Source of the DNA: Agathobacter sp.
GTDB taxonomy: Bacteria > Bacillota > Clostridia > Lachnospirales > Lachnospiraceae
Length of the DNA: 64,000 bases
NCBI GenBank assembly: GCA_036308125.1
Contig: JAXJWH010000136.1
Span: 23,499 to 87,498, forward strand
Direction: 5' to 3'
The position numbers were made by a program, and so were the translations under genes. This document shows, one piece after another, positions 46,949 to 58,517 of the stretch. How positions within the stretch are numbered: the stretch's first letter is position 1; each line of letters begins with the position of its first letter. Below the pieces are notes generated by a model that did no database searches, had not been told where the DNA came from, and saw only the letters and a list, made by a program, of their open reading frames with translations.

Positions 46949-49867
46949 TTAGTACAATTTCTCTGTAGTATCAAAAAGAGATTTGTTCTCCTTAACCATG
47001 TTTTCGTTACCTATAACGCACAAATTATTCTCATCCAAAACGGATTGAATCAAATCTGCAAGACTATTTATATCTTTGCTTGTGGCATTTAATATCTCAT
47101 CTCTTTCCTTTTGGATAACATCAAATTCCAATCCTTCAATATATGCAGACATTGAGCGTGTACCCTTTGCCTCTGGATTCAATGGTGTATCAATATTACT
47201 AAATGTTCCAATAATATATTTTGTCATATCCCTCTCATCAGGATTGAAATTTCTAATATATTCTGGAATTCCATTATATACTTCATTAGTTTTTTCCAGA
47301 TTTGGATCTCTGTATGAAACAAAATATGTCTCACCACTTCTTGAAAAGGCATTCATGCATCCATATGCGCCGCCTTTAACACGAACATTAATCCACAAAT
47401 AATCATATCCTAATATAACTTTTAGTAATTTAAGCAATCCCGTATACTCATATCCATTAGAAATAAAGTTACCACTTCTTGCAACATACTGAATCTGTGA
47501 TGCATCCAAAAATCCTTCTTTCTTCTTAGAAAGTATGATATCGGCTTTCTTACCTTTAACGCCTGTTTTTGGAAGTTTCTTTGTATATTCATCCAATAAT
47601 GCAACTGAATCATTATATATTTTTTCATCTGACGTAAAACTGATTGTAAGTCTGTCCTGAACAAAAATTTTAGCAGCCAGCGCTTTTATCTTTGAAATCA
47701 CTTCCTGAGGATTTTCTTTTAAAGTCTTCTCAATCTCACATATAAATCTATAATATGAAATTCCATGAACTCTGTCATAAATATTAGCATATTTTGAAAC
47801 TGATGATAAAGATCTCATAGCCGCAACAGTATGACCAGAACTGCTAAGGGCAACCTGTAATCTCGACTTTGTCTGTGTGACAATCTCACTTAATCTCTTT
47901 ACATCTGAAAAATCTGACATTCTGACAATCTCATCAAACAATTCCATTGCTTTCTTTAAATTTTCATTCAAAACTTTAATTCTGACTTCATATTTGACCA
48001 AAACATCATTTTTATTGTTTAAATCATGGTAAAGACTGCTTCCTGTATATATACCGCCTGTATACATATTTATCTTATTTGATAAATCCGAATATTTATA
48101 TGATTTTGTATCCACAAATCCTAATGTAAGAGCAAGCAAACCAAGATAACTTATCTCCTCTTCATCAATATCATCAATATCATATATAAAATTAATATAG
48201 TCAATTCCATTTGTTGAAATATCATGTCTTACAACTTTAATATCATTAACTGAAGTCTCTATATTCGAAAATTCAAGTGCATTCTTTTTTAAATCTTCTC
48301 TCTTTAGCATAGGAAGCTTGCTTAAATCTTCTTCAGATGAAGGTTCTTCCTGATATTTTCTCAAATGCTTTGTCTCAAAAATTAAGTTTTCAATCTCATC
48401 ATCTGACAAACTGTTTTTGTATTCTTCCAGTTTCTTCCTTAATTCTTCTTCCTCTTTTGCATTTTTTCCTTTTTTAGGCTCAACTATAACAAGAGAACCA
48501 TGATTGTTATTCAAAAGATATTCTTTGATTAAATTTTCAAAATAATCTGTTTCTACTTTCTTCTTCAAAGATGCATAAGTATCAAGACACTCAAGATGTA
48601 AAAATGGTTTATTATCATCAAAAAGCCAGCTATCAAGGCACTGCAAACCGTACAATAATCCCTTAGGGAATTGTCCAAAATCAGCCTCTCTGAATCTAAA
48701 TTCAAGACTATTTAAACCTGCAAAAATAGCTTCTTTATTTATTCCATTTTCAACAATTTCAGTAAGTTTTGCGTTTACAATCTCTAAAAATTTATCTTTG
48801 TCTGATTTATTTGCATTTTTTGCTACAATCGAAAATACAGGCTGTTTAATACCACTGTCAAAAGAACCATATACATCCTCTCCAATTCCTGCATCGATTA
48901 ATGCCTGTCTTATTGGAGCTCCTGGAGAACTTACCAAGGCATAATCCAAAACATCAAATGCTATATATAATTCCTTATCCAAAGAATCTCCGATTACTCT
49001 GTTATACGATAAATATGTTTTATTCTCATCTGAATCATCAGAAGCAATAGAATAATCTACGCTTACCTCTGCCACTTCTGAAAAAGCCTCCTGTGTATTA
49101 ATAGACGAATCCACATCTAAATATTCATATTTACTTAAATATTCTTCATCCAGCCATTTTAATTTCTCAACCATATCCATATCGCCGTATAAATATATAT
49201 ACGAATTTGATGGATGATAATACTTACGATAAAATTCTAAATATGCTTCATATGTTAATTCCGGAATATGAACAGGATTTCCTCCTGAGTCCTTGCTATA
49301 AGTATTGTCAGGAAACAGTGAACTAAAAATCGCACTTTGTAAAACCTCATCAGGTGAAGAATATGCCCCCTTCATCTCATTGTAGACTACACCATTAATC
49401 TGTATAGGTTCATCCTTTGATTCTAACTCGTAATGCCATCCTTCCTGCTTAAAAATCTCTTCATATTTAGTAATATTAGGATGAAAAACAGCATCCAGAT
49501 AAACATCCATTAAATTTTTAAAATCCTGGTCATTACAACTTGCCACCGGATATACTGTCTTATCCGGATAAGTCATCGCATTTAAAAATGTATTAAGAGA
49601 ACCCTTTGCCAGTTCAATAAATGGATCTTTAACTGGAAATTTTTCAGAACCACATAAAGTAGTATGTTCAATAATGTGAGGCACACCTGTTTCATCAGAA
49701 GGTGTTGTCCTAAACCCAATATAAAACACCTTATTTTCATCATCATTCGATAAAAGAGCTACCTTTGCTCCACTTTTTTTGTGTTTCAATATATATCCTT
49801 TTGATTTAATATCCAAAATTTCTCGTTCTTCAATCAATTCATATGAATCTACATCACGAATCGTCAT
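46949..49867 (-). CDS. M16-family (insulinase/PreP-like) zinc metallopeptidase
   Basis: HIIEHTTLCGSEKFP contains the inverted HxxEH zinc motif. The size of about 970 aa is typical of the M16C subfamily. Confidence 0.85.
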   Translation of the reverse strand: MTIRDVDSYELIEEREILDIKSKGYILKHKKSGAKVALLSNDDENKVFYIGFRTTPSDETGVPHIIEHTTLCGSEKFPVKDPFIELAKGSLNTFLNAMTYPDKTVYPVASCNDQDFKNLMDVYLDAVFHPNITKYEEIFKQEGWHYELESKDEPIQINGVVYNEMKGAYSSPDEVLQSAIFSSLFPDNTYSKDSGGNPVHIPELTYEAYLEFYRKYYHPSNSYIYLYGDMDMVEKLKWLDEEYLSKYEYLDVDSSINTQEAFSEVAEVSVDYSIASDDSDENKTYLSYNRVIGDSLDKELYIAFDVLDYALVSSPGAPIRQALIDAGIGEDVYGSFDSGIKQPVFSIVAKNANKSDKDKFLEIVNAKLTEIVENGINKEAIFAGLNSLEFRFREADFGQFPKGLLYGLQCLDSWLFDDNKPFLHLECLDTYASLKKKVETDYFENLIKEYLLNNNHGSLVIVEPKKGKNAKEEEELRKKLEEYKNSLSDDEIENLIFETKHLRKYQEEPSSEEDLSKLPMLKREDLKKNALEFSNIETSVNDIKVVRHDISTNGIDYINFIYDIDDIDEEEISYLGLLALTLGFVDTKSYKYSDLSNKINMYTGGIYTGSSLYHDLNNKNDVLVKYEVRIKVLNENLKKAMELFDEIVRMSDFSDVKRLSEIVTQTKSRLQVALSSSGHTVAAMRSLSSVSKYANIYDRVHGISYYRFICEIEKTLKENPQEVISKIKALAAKIFVQDRLTISFTSDEKIYNDSVALLDEYTKKLPKTGVKGKKADIILSKKKEGFLDASQIQYVARSGNFISNGYEYTGLLKLLKVILGYDYLWINVRVKGGAYGCMNAFSRSGETYFVSYRDPNLEKTNEVYNGIPEYIRNFNPDERDMTKYIIGTFSNIDTPLNPEAKGTRSMSAYIEGLEFDVIQKERDEILNATSKDINSLADLIQSVLDENNLCVIGNENMVKENKSLFDTTEKLY

Positions 49868-49935
49868 ACAATATCCTCCAAAATAAAAAACTATTTCTAG
49901 TATATATTAATTTTCTTAATTTGAAAAGAAAAAAA

Positions 49936-49961
49936 CTACCACTGAATAAAATCAGTGGTAG
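49936..49961. terminator. Terminator downstream of csp
   Basis: Perfect 10-bp stem ctaccactga/tcagtggtag, flanked by an A-run and a T-run. Confidence 0.85.
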
Positions 49962-50013
49962 ATTTTTTGTTCTCACAAATCAGATTATCGATATTTAACT
50001 ATCAAAAGATCTA

Positions 50014-50217
50014 TTAAGCAAGACGAGTAACATTAGCTGCCTGTGGACCTTTGTCTCCGTCAACAACATCGAACTCAACGTTCTCGCCATCTTTTAACTC
50101 TTTGAATCCATCCATGTTAAGAGCTGAAAAATGAACAAATACATCGTTACCGCCCTCATCAGAGATAAAACCATAACCCTTCTTTGCATTAAACCATTTA
50201 ACTGTTCCCTGCTGCAT
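50014..50217 (-). CDS. csp: Cold-shock protein (CspA family)
   Basis: [25 protein letters not shown] carries the RNP1 and RNP2 motifs. The longer ORF is an upstream extension. Confidence 0.95.
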   Translation of the reverse strand: MQQGTVKWFNAKKGYGFISDEGGNDVFVHFSALNMDGFKELKDGENVEFDVVDGDKGPQAANVTRLA

Positions 50218-50362
50218 AACTATAATTCCTCCTAATACCTTAAACTTATGAACACAATCGTTCATACAAGAATAAGATTAGCACATTCAACTAATAGTGT
50301 CAATGTTTTTTAAAAATTATTGTTATAATACACAAAAATTCAGCTAAAAATATTACATAATG

Positions 50363-51271
50363 CTAATTATTCATGTGAATATCCATTTGTGGAAATGGTA
50401 TATCTATTCCATTATCATCTAATGCATTCTTAATATCTTCTGTAAGTTTCCACTTTGCAGGCCAATAATCATCATTATTAACCCAGACTCTTACACCCAT
50501 ATTAACAGAACTATCACCTAAATCTGATACAAAAATATTAATTGGATGTTCCTCATCATTTTTTAATACATTATCCTGATTCATCACAACTGTTTCTAAA
50601 ACTCTTTTTGTTTCCGACAAATTGGCACTGTACGAAACACCTATTATCAAATCAATTCTTCTATAATCCATCTTAGAAACATTTGTTATTGTAGAATTTG
50701 ACAATTCACCATTTGGCAATAACACAACTTTATTATCTATTGTTTTTAATTTCGTGTAAAAAATAGTAATCGCCGAAACAGTTCCTTCCTGATTTTCCAC
50801 ATGGGTAATAATATAATCACCCACAACAAATGGTTTCAAAATTAAAATTAAAACACCACCTATAAAATTTGACAAACTTCCCTGTAAAGCTAAACCTGCT
50901 GTAATACCTGCAGAACCTAAAACTGCCACTATTGTCGAACTGATTGCTGATATTCCTAAACATGATAATGTCAGCATCACTAAAAGAAAATACATTACAT
51001 ATTTTCCCATGGAACACAGAAAAGTTATCACTCCACTCTCAACATTTCCACGTTCCAGTGATTTTTTGAAGATTTTTAATACAAATCTTAGTAATCTTCT
51101 TCCTGCAAAAAATACAACTAGTGCAACAACAAGTCTTATGCCAAAGGAAAACAATGTAGGCAGAAAATCCAAAATGTATTCTTTAATTATATTTGGATGT
51201 TCTACAACATTTTTTATTGCTTCCTGCTCTGTTGTTAATTCCAAAGAATTTGTTAACAAAATATTACCCAT
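50363..51271 (-). CDS. mscS: Small-conductance mechanosensitive channel (MscS family)
   Basis: Three TM segments followed by LILKPFVVGDYI..G.V..I....T.L...DN pattern. Confidence 0.8.
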   Translation of the reverse strand: MGNILLTNSLELTTEQEAIKNVVEHPNIIKEYILDFLPTLFSFGIRLVVALVVFFAGRRLLRFVLKIFKKSLERGNVESGVITFLCSMGKYVMYFLLVMLTLSCLGISAISSTIVAVLGSAGITAGLALQGSLSNFIGGVLILILKPFVVGDYIITHVENQEGTVSAITIFYTKLKTIDNKVVLLPNGELSNSTITNVSKMDYRRIDLIIGVSYSANLSETKRVLETVVMNQDNVLKNDEEHPINIFVSDLGDSSVNMGVRVWVNNDDYWPAKWKLTEDIKNALDDNGIDIPFPQMDIHMNN

Positions 51272-51290
51272 CTAACAAAAACTCCTATTA

Positions 51291-52535
51291 CTAAATTTCA
51301 TGAATAAAAAGACCACTTCTTAATTTTGGCTCAAACCATGTTGACTTTGGTGGCATAAGTAAATTTGCATCAGCAACAGAAAATAATTCATTAATTGAAG
51401 TTGGATACATAGCAAATGCAACTTTACAATCTTCCTTACATCTTCTTTCTAATTCTTCTAAACCTCTGATTCCACCTACAAAATCAATTCTTTTATCTGT
51501 CTTAGGATCCAGAATTCCTAATACAGGATTTAATAATTTGTTTTGTAATATAGATACATCAAGACTTTCCACAGGATCATCAGGAATATCTTCAGGTTTC
51601 ATTTTGCATAAATACCATTCATCGTTGATATACATTGTGAATTCACCCTTTTTTGAAGGTCTGTTATTCTCTTTGTCTACTTTTGATACTTCAAAAAGTT
51701 CGTTCATCTTATTAATAAATTCCTCATCTGAAAGTCCATTTAAATCCTTAACAACTCGGTTATAATCCATAATCATCAATTCTTCATCTGGGAAAAGTAC
51801 TGATAAGAAATAATTAAATTCTTCATCTCCGGTATATTCTGGATGTTCCTGTCTTCTCTTGAAACCAACCTTAACAGCAGATGCTGCTCTATGGTGACCA
51901 TCTGCAATATAGACAGATTCCATTTCTTCAAAATTCTTTTTTATTCCTGCAATATGTGCAGGATTATCAATTCTGTAAACAGTATGTCTTATTCCATCAT
52001 CTGCTTCAAAATCATAAATTGCATGACCTTTTTGTTCTTCAAAGACTTCTTTCATAACCGCCTTCATGGAATCATTATTTCTATATGCCAGGAAAATTGG
52101 TCCTGTCTGTGCACTACATGTATCAACATGGTTGATTCTGTCTAACTCTTTATCTGCTCTTGTGTTTTCATGTTTCTTAATTACACCATTAGCATAGTCA
52201 TCAATTGATGCACATGCTACAATTCCGTTTTGTACTCTTCCATTCATTGTAAGGGAATATATATAATAACATTCTTCTTCATCTCTTATGAATGAACCGT
52301 TTGCAATCCACTCCTGAATCATGCTTGCAGCTTTTTCATATACTTTCTTATCGTACATATCTACATCATCTGAAAACTGTGTCTCAGCTCTGTCTATTGC
52401 AAGAAACGACTGTGGATTCTTCTTAACAACTTCCTTTGCTTCTTTTCGATTATAGACATCATATGGAAGCGCCGCAATTGTCGAAGCCTTCTCACTTGAT
52501 GGTCTAACACATTTAAATGCCCTAATATCTGCCAT
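51291..52535 (-). CDS. DUF1015 domain-containing protein
   Basis: MADIRAFKCVRP...ALPYDV N-terminus and a DGHHR motif typical of DUF1015. Confidence 0.75.
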   Translation of the reverse strand: MADIRAFKCVRPSSEKASTIAALPYDVYNRKEAKEVVKKNPQSFLAIDRAETQFSDDVDMYDKKVYEKAASMIQEWIANGSFIRDEEECYYIYSLTMNGRVQNGIVACASIDDYANGVIKKHENTRADKELDRINHVDTCSAQTGPIFLAYRNNDSMKAVMKEVFEEQKGHAIYDFEADDGIRHTVYRIDNPAHIAGIKKNFEEMESVYIADGHHRAASAVKVGFKRRQEHPEYTGDEEFNYFLSVLFPDEELMIMDYNRVVKDLNGLSDEEFINKMNELFEVSKVDKENNRPSKKGEFTMYINDEWYLCKMKPEDIPDDPVESLDVSILQNKLLNPVLGILDPKTDKRIDFVGGIRGLEELERRCKEDCKVAFAMYPTSINELFSVADANLLMPPKSTWFEPKLRSGLFIHEI

Positions 52536-52705
52536 AACTTCCTCCTATTTTGTATTTTACACATACTATATATTATATACTATTTTTCTATTGATTTATA
52601 TAGTCAAATGGGGCAACCATTAAGGTCACCCCACTTTCTCGATTTCAAAATATACTAATTCAATTTCAAAATCCATTATTTATAATTTATATATTAAGTT
52701 GATTA

Positions 52706-53869
52706 TTATTTAACCACACGTACTCTGAGAACACCATCAATAGATTTTAATTTCTCAACTACATCTTCTGATACCTTTGAATCTACATCTAAAAGAGCAT
52801 ATGCATAATCACCTTTAGCCTTATTTGTCATGTCAGAAACATTAACATCAGCATCAGCTAAAATTGTTGTATACTGTCCAATCATACCCTTTACATTCTT
52901 ATGTAAAATAGCAATTCTTCCAGCTGTTGTACAAGCACCCATGTTGCAATCAGGGTAGTTAACTGAATGAGTAATATTTCCATTCTCAAGGTAATCTCTA
53001 ATTTCACGAACTGCCATAATTGCACAATTGTCTTCAGACTCTGCAGTTGATGCTCCTAAATGAGGAGTAACAATACATCCCTTTGCTCCTACAGTTGTTG
53101 TATTAGGGAAATCAGATACATATTTCTTAATCTTTCCAGCTGCAAGTGCATCTACCATAGCTTCCTCGTCAACAAGAAGATCTCTTGCAAAATTCAATAC
53201 GATAGCTGTTGGCTTCATAAGTGCAATTGCATCAGCATTAATCATCTTCTTAGTAGAATCTAAAAGTGGTACATGAATTGTAATAAAATCACACTCACGA
53301 TAAATATCTTCTACGTTGCTGATGTGCTTTACGCTTCTTGAAAGATTCCATGCTGCATTTACTGAAATATATGGATCATATCCGTATACATCCATTCCCA
53401 TATGTGTAGCTGCGTTAGCAACAAGAACACCGATTGCACCAAGACCGATTACACCAAGTTTCTTACCAGAAATTTCTGTTCCTGCAAAATTCTTTTTCTG
53501 TTTCTCTGCTGTCTTAGCAATGTTCTCATCATTTTGATTATCAAGACACCAATCAATTCCACCAACGATGTCACGAGATGCATAAAGCATTCCAGCGAAA
53601 ACTAATTCTTTAACACCATTTGCATTAGCACCAGGTGTGTTAAATACAACAACACCTTCTTCAGCACATTTATCAAGAGGAATATTGTTAACTCCTGCTC
53701 CTGCTCTTGCGATAGCTAAAACATTATCGCCAAGCTCCATATCATGCATAGCTGCACTTCTAACTAAAGCAGCATCAGCATCTTTAATTTCTTCAACTTT
53801 CTTATAATCATCTGAAAATAAATTAAGTCCAACTCCTGCAATTGGATTTAAACATGTATAATTGTACAT
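52706..53869 (-). CDS. serA: D-3-phosphoglycerate dehydrogenase (with C-terminal ACT domain)
   Basis: NAD-binding GVIGLGAIG and the 2-hydroxyacid dehydrogenase signature. It sits downstream of serC. Confidence 0.85.
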   Translation of the reverse strand: MYNYTCLNPIAGVGLNLFSDDYKKVEEIKDADAALVRSAAMHDMELGDNVLAIARAGAGVNNIPLDKCAEEGVVVFNTPGANANGVKELVFAGMLYASRDIVGGIDWCLDNQNDENIAKTAEKQKKNFAGTEISGKKLGVIGLGAIGVLVANAATHMGMDVYGYDPYISVNAAWNLSRSVKHISNVEDIYRECDFITIHVPLLDSTKKMINADAIALMKPTAIVLNFARDLLVDEEAMVDALAAGKIKKYVSDFPNTTTVGAKGCIVTPHLGASTAESEDNCAIMAVREIRDYLENGNITHSVNYPDCNMGACTTAGRIAILHKNVKGMIGQYTTILADADVNVSDMTNKAKGDYAYALLDVDSKVSEDVVEKLKSIDGVLRVRVVK

Positions 53870-53901
53870 TTTTATTCCTTACCCTTTCCGATTCAAATGC
53901 A

Positions 53902-54984
53902 TTATGCATTCTCAGCTTCAAACTTTTTCATGAATTCTACTAATTTCTCAACACCCTCTTTTGGCATTGCATTGTAGATAGATGCTCTCATTCCACCAAC
54001 TGTTCTGTGTCCTTTTAAATTAACAAAACCAGCTTCTGTAGCTTCTTTAACAAATTTAGCATCAAGATCAGCATCACCTGTTATGAATGGAACATTCATA
54101 AGAGAACGATCCTCTTTTCTAACAGTTCCCTTGAATAACTTGCTCTCATCAAGAAAATCGTAAAGAATCTTTGCCTTTTCGATGTTATGCTTCTGCATAG
54201 CCTCTAATCCGCCCATCTTCTTTAACCATTTGAATACTTTTCCGCAGATATAAATTCCATAGCATGGTGGTGTATTGTAAAGTGAGTCATTGTCAGCCTG
54301 TGTCTTCCATTTTAACATTGTTGGTGTACCTTCAAGTACATCATCAGTAATTAAATCTTCTCTTGCAATTACAATAACAACACCTGCAGGTCCGATATTC
54401 TTCTGAACTCCACCGTAGATTACTCCATATTTAGAAACATCTACTGGCTCTGATAAGAAACATGATGAAACGTCTGCAACAAGATCCTTACCCTTAGTGT
54501 TAGGAAGTGTCTTAAATTTTGTTCCATAAATTGTGTTGTTTTCGCAAATATATACATAGTCAAGATCATCAGGAATATCAAGATCTGAACAATCTGGAAT
54601 GTATGAAAAAGTCTCATCTGCAGATGAAGCTAATTCAATAGCCTCTCCGTATAATTTTGCTTCCTGGAAAGCTTTCTTTGCCCACTGTCCAGTTACAATA
54701 TATCCAGCTTTTTTGTTTTTCATTAAGTTCATTGGAACTGCAGCAAACTGCTGTGATGCTCCACCCTGTAAAAACATAACTTTGTAATTATCTGGAATAT
54801 TCATAAGATCTCTAAGATCAGCTTCTGCCTCTTTAATAATAGTATCATAAACCTTGGATCTATGACTCATCTCCATAACGGACATTCCGCTTCCCTTATA
54901 ATCTAACATTTCATCTGCTGCTTCCTGTAATACCTCCTCTGGTAATACTGCAGGTCCTGCTGAAAAATTGTAAACTCTGCTCAT
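53902..54984 (-). CDS. serC: Phosphoserine aminotransferase
   Basis: YNFSAGPAVLP N-terminus and a class V aminotransferase body. Start set at the second ATG (AGGAGG 9 nt upstream). Confidence 0.9.
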   Translation of the reverse strand: MSRVYNFSAGPAVLPEEVLQEAADEMLDYKGSGMSVMEMSHRSKVYDTIIKEAEADLRDLMNIPDNYKVMFLQGGASQQFAAVPMNLMKNKKAGYIVTGQWAKKAFQEAKLYGEAIELASSADETFSYIPDCSDLDIPDDLDYVYICENNTIYGTKFKTLPNTKGKDLVADVSSCFLSEPVDVSKYGVIYGGVQKNIGPAGVVIVIAREDLITDDVLEGTPTMLKWKTQADNDSLYNTPPCYGIYICGKVFKWLKKMGGLEAMQKHNIEKAKILYDFLDESKLFKGTVRKEDRSLMNVPFITGDADLDAKFVKEATEAGFVNLKGHRTVGGMRASIYNAMPKEGVEKLVEFMKKFEAENA

Positions 54985-55040
54985 TCTCATATTCCTCCTG
55001 TTTTAATTAAATCTAAAAATATATATACAATTATTCATTG

Positions 55041-56714
55041 TTATTTCTCGTTGTAATCTTTCTCATCAATTGCTTCTTTGATTGAAGCTCCAGGTATAAC
55101 CATTGGCCATACTTTATCATCTGAGTCAATAATACAATCTATAACATATGGAACGTCTGATTCCAATGCTTCCGCAAATGCTGTCTCAAACTCTTCCTGA
55201 GACATAACTCTCTTTGCTTTAGCCCCCATTGCTTCTGATAATTTTACATAATCAACACCATCATCTAAAACTGTTGCTGAATAGTGCTTATCATAAAGTA
55301 ATGTCTGCCATTGTCTAACCATTCCAAGCACATGATTATTGATAATAATCTCAATTAAAGGTAATTTTTCTCTTGCCGCAGTTGCGATTTCATTCATGTT
55401 CATTCTAAAGCAACCATCTCCTGCAATATTAATTACCTGCTTATCTCTGTTAGCAGTCTGTGCACCAATGGCAGCACCTAAGCCATATCCCATAGTTCCC
55501 AGACCACCTGATGTAAGAAGTGTTCTTGGCTTACTGAATTTGAAATACTGAGCTGCCCACATCTGATGCTGTCCTACCTCAGTAACAATAATTGCATCCT
55601 TTGCCATATCGTATACTTTCTCGATAACATACGGACCTGATAAGCCAGCTTTATTATATTCTAATGGGAATTTCTTTGTATAATCTACAATATGTTCATT
55701 CCACTCTTTATGCGACTGCTGCTCTAATTTGGCATTTAATCTTCTTAAAACTTCCTTTAAATCTCCAACCACATTGGCTGTAACTCGGATATTCTTATTG
55801 ATTTCAGCAGCATCAACATCAATATGAAGAATCTTTGCCTGCTTTGCAAATCTCTTTGAATCTCCAAGTACTCTGTCAGAAAAACGTGTTCCAAGCGCAA
55901 TCAAAAGATCACATTCACTTACTCCCAGATTGGAAGCCTTAGTTCCATGCATTCCCAACATTCCTGTATAATTTTCAGAAGTTCCATCGTATGCTCCCTT
56001 TCCCATTAATGTATCACATACCGGAGCATCAACTTTGTCTACAAATTCTTTTAATTCATCTGTAGCTTCTGATAATACAGCACCTCCACCAACAAAAATG
56101 TATGGTTTTTTAGATTTTTCAATAAGCTCAATTGCCTTATCAATATCACTGTCTAAAATTGTTTCTACCTTTGGTGCAGGCTTTTCAATAACTTTCTTAA
56201 CATAGTCTGTTTTATTTGCTGTTACGTCTTTTGTAATATCAACTAAAACCGGACCTGGTCTTCCCTTTCTTGCAATATCGAATGCTCTTCTAAGGGTATC
56301 TGCAAGAGATTTGACATCCTTAACTATAAAACTATATTTTGTAATTGGAGTTGTCACACCTGCAATATCAATTTCCTGAAAACTGTCTTTTCCCAGTAAA
56401 GAAACTCCAACATTACATGTTATTGCTACCATTGGAATTGAATCCATATAAGCCGTTGCTATTCCTGTAACTAAATTAGTAGCTCCCGGACCACTTGTAG
56501 CAAAGCATACCCCCACTTTACCAGTGCTTCTTGCATAACCGTCTGCTGCGTGAGAAGCCCCCTGTTCGTGGGAAGTAAGCACATGCTTAATTTCCGGATG
56601 TTTATACAATTCATCATATACATTTAAAATAGCTCCACCCGGATATCCAAATACTGTATTTACATCTTGTTCTTTTAAACACTCAATAATTATCTGAGAT
56701 CCTGTTAATTGCAT
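55041..56714 (-). CDS. ilvB: Acetolactate synthase (biosynthetic type), large subunit
   Basis: VFGYPGGAIL, ATSGPGATNL and the ThDP motif GDGCFRMN. Confidence 0.9.
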   Translation of the reverse strand: MQLTGSQIIIECLKEQDVNTVFGYPGGAILNVYDELYKHPEIKHVLTSHEQGASHAADGYARSTGKVGVCFATSGPGATNLVTGIATAYMDSIPMVAITCNVGVSLLGKDSFQEIDIAGVTTPITKYSFIVKDVKSLADTLRRAFDIARKGRPGPVLVDITKDVTANKTDYVKKVIEKPAPKVETILDSDIDKAIELIEKSKKPYIFVGGGAVLSEATDELKEFVDKVDAPVCDTLMGKGAYDGTSENYTGMLGMHGTKASNLGVSECDLLIALGTRFSDRVLGDSKRFAKQAKILHIDVDAAEINKNIRVTANVVGDLKEVLRRLNAKLEQQSHKEWNEHIVDYTKKFPLEYNKAGLSGPYVIEKVYDMAKDAIIVTEVGQHQMWAAQYFKFSKPRTLLTSGGLGTMGYGLGAAIGAQTANRDKQVINIAGDGCFRMNMNEIATAAREKLPLIEIIINNHVLGMVRQWQTLLYDKHYSATVLDDGVDYVKLSEAMGAKAKRVMSQEEFETAFAEALESDVPYVIDCIIDSDDKVWPMVIPGASIKEAIDEKDYNEK

Positions 56715-56751
56715 TTTCTAATCCTCTATCTTTATCTAACCTTAAGTATTA

Positions 56752-58419
56752 CTATTTAGGAATTTCTAAAATTGCTCCTCTGTTTCCTGAAGTAACCATA
56801 GATGCATAACGCTTAAGATATCCTGTTGTTACCTTTGGCTCTCTAGGAGTCCATTTCTTACGTCTTTCTTCTAATTCTTCATCAGATACATCTAACTCTA
56901 ACTTCAATCCTGGAATATCAATCTTAATGATATCTCCCTCTTCAACTAATGCAATAGGACCACCAACTGCTGCCTCTGGAGAAACATGACCGATTGATGC
57001 TCCTCTTGATGCACCTGAGAAACGTCCGTCTGTAATAAGTGCAACTGAACTTCCAAGTCCCATACCTGCAATCGCAGATGTTGGATTAAGCATCTCTCTC
57101 ATTCCAGGGCCACCTTTTGGTCCTTCGTATCTGATAACTACAACATCACCTTCTACGATCTTTCCACCTTTGATTGCTGCGATTGCATCTTCTTCACAGT
57201 CAAATACTCTGGCTGGACCTTCATGTACAAGCATCTCATCAACAACTGCTGAACGCTTAACAACAGAACCGTCTGGTGCAAGATTTCCCTTTAATACTGC
57301 TAAACCACCTGTTTTACTATATGCATTATCAACTGTTCTGATTACTTCTGGATTACGATTGCGAGCATTTGCAATGTTCTCACCAATTGTCTTTCCTGAT
57401 ACTGTCATACATTCTGTATTAAGTAATCCAATATCAGCAAGTTCCTTCATAACCGCATATACACCACCTGCTTCATTTAAATCTTCCATATATGTAGGAC
57501 CTGCTGGTGCAAGGTGACAAAGATTTGGAGTTTTCTCACTAATAGGGTTAGCAAAGCTAATATCAAAATCAAATCCAATTTCATGTGCAATTGCTGGAAG
57601 ATGAAGCATTGAATTTGTAGAACATCCCAATGCCATATCTACAGTAAGTGCATTCATGATTGCATCTTTTGTCATGATATCCCTTGCTGTAATTCCTTTA
57701 CGCCATAAATCCATTACTGCCATTCCTGCATGCTTTGCAAGTCTTATTCTCTCAGAGTAAACAGCTGGAATAGTGCCGTTTCCACCCAATCCCATTCCAA
57801 GTGCTTCTGTAAGACAGTTCATGGAATTTGCTGTATACATACCTGAACATGAACCGCATGTAGGACAAACCTTCTCTACGAATTCCTGAACATCATCTTC
57901 TGTCATTGTTCCTGCTGCATATGAACCAACAGCTTCAAACATTGATGAAAGACTTCTCTTTTGTCCTTTAACTCTTCCTGCAAGCATTGGTCCGCCTGAT
58001 ACGAATACTGTTGGAAGATCCAATCTTGCAGCAGCCATTAATAAACCAGGTACATTCTTATCGCAATTTGGCACCATAACAAGAGCGTCAAACTGATGAG
58101 CAATAGCCATACATTCTGTTGAATCAGCAATTAAATCTCTTGTTACCAAGGAATATTTCATTCCTACGTGTCCCATTGCAATTCCGTCACATACTGCGAT
58201 GGCAGGAAATACTACAGGAACACCACCTGCTTCTGCTACTCCTAATTTAACTGCATCAACTATTTTATCAATATTCATGTGACCAGGTACAATCTCATTG
58301 TACGAACTCACAATACCAACCATAGGTTTTTTTAATTCTTCCGGTGTAAAACCTAAAGCGTTAAACAAACTTCTTGCTGGTGCCTGTTGCATACCAGCTC
58401 TTGCATTATCACTCTTCAT
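56752..58419 (-). CDS. ilvD: Dihydroxy-acid dehydratase
   Basis: [15 protein letters not shown] and LITDGRFSG motifs. Confidence 0.95.
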   Translation of the reverse strand: MKSDNARAGMQQAPARSLFNALGFTPEELKKPMVGIVSSYNEIVPGHMNIDKIVDAVKLGVAEAGGVPVVFPAIAVCDGIAMGHVGMKYSLVTRDLIADSTECMAIAHQFDALVMVPNCDKNVPGLLMAAARLDLPTVFVSGGPMLAGRVKGQKRSLSSMFEAVGSYAAGTMTEDDVQEFVEKVCPTCGSCSGMYTANSMNCLTEALGMGLGGNGTIPAVYSERIRLAKHAGMAVMDLWRKGITARDIMTKDAIMNALTVDMALGCSTNSMLHLPAIAHEIGFDFDISFANPISEKTPNLCHLAPAGPTYMEDLNEAGGVYAVMKELADIGLLNTECMTVSGKTIGENIANARNRNPEVIRTVDNAYSKTGGLAVLKGNLAPDGSVVKRSAVVDEMLVHEGPARVFDCEEDAIAAIKGGKIVEGDVVVIRYEGPKGGPGMREMLNPTSAIAGMGLGSSVALITDGRFSGASRGASIGHVSPEAAVGGPIALVEEGDIIKIDIPGLKLELDVSDEELEERRKKWTPREPKVTTGYLKRYASMVTSGNRGAILEIPK

Positions 58420-58517
58420 GCTCTTTTCCTCTCTTCTAATCTAAAAATTATACATAGTGTAGATTATATCAAATTTTCCAGATTTTGTAACCCATTATTG
58501 CATTAAAACAAATAAAA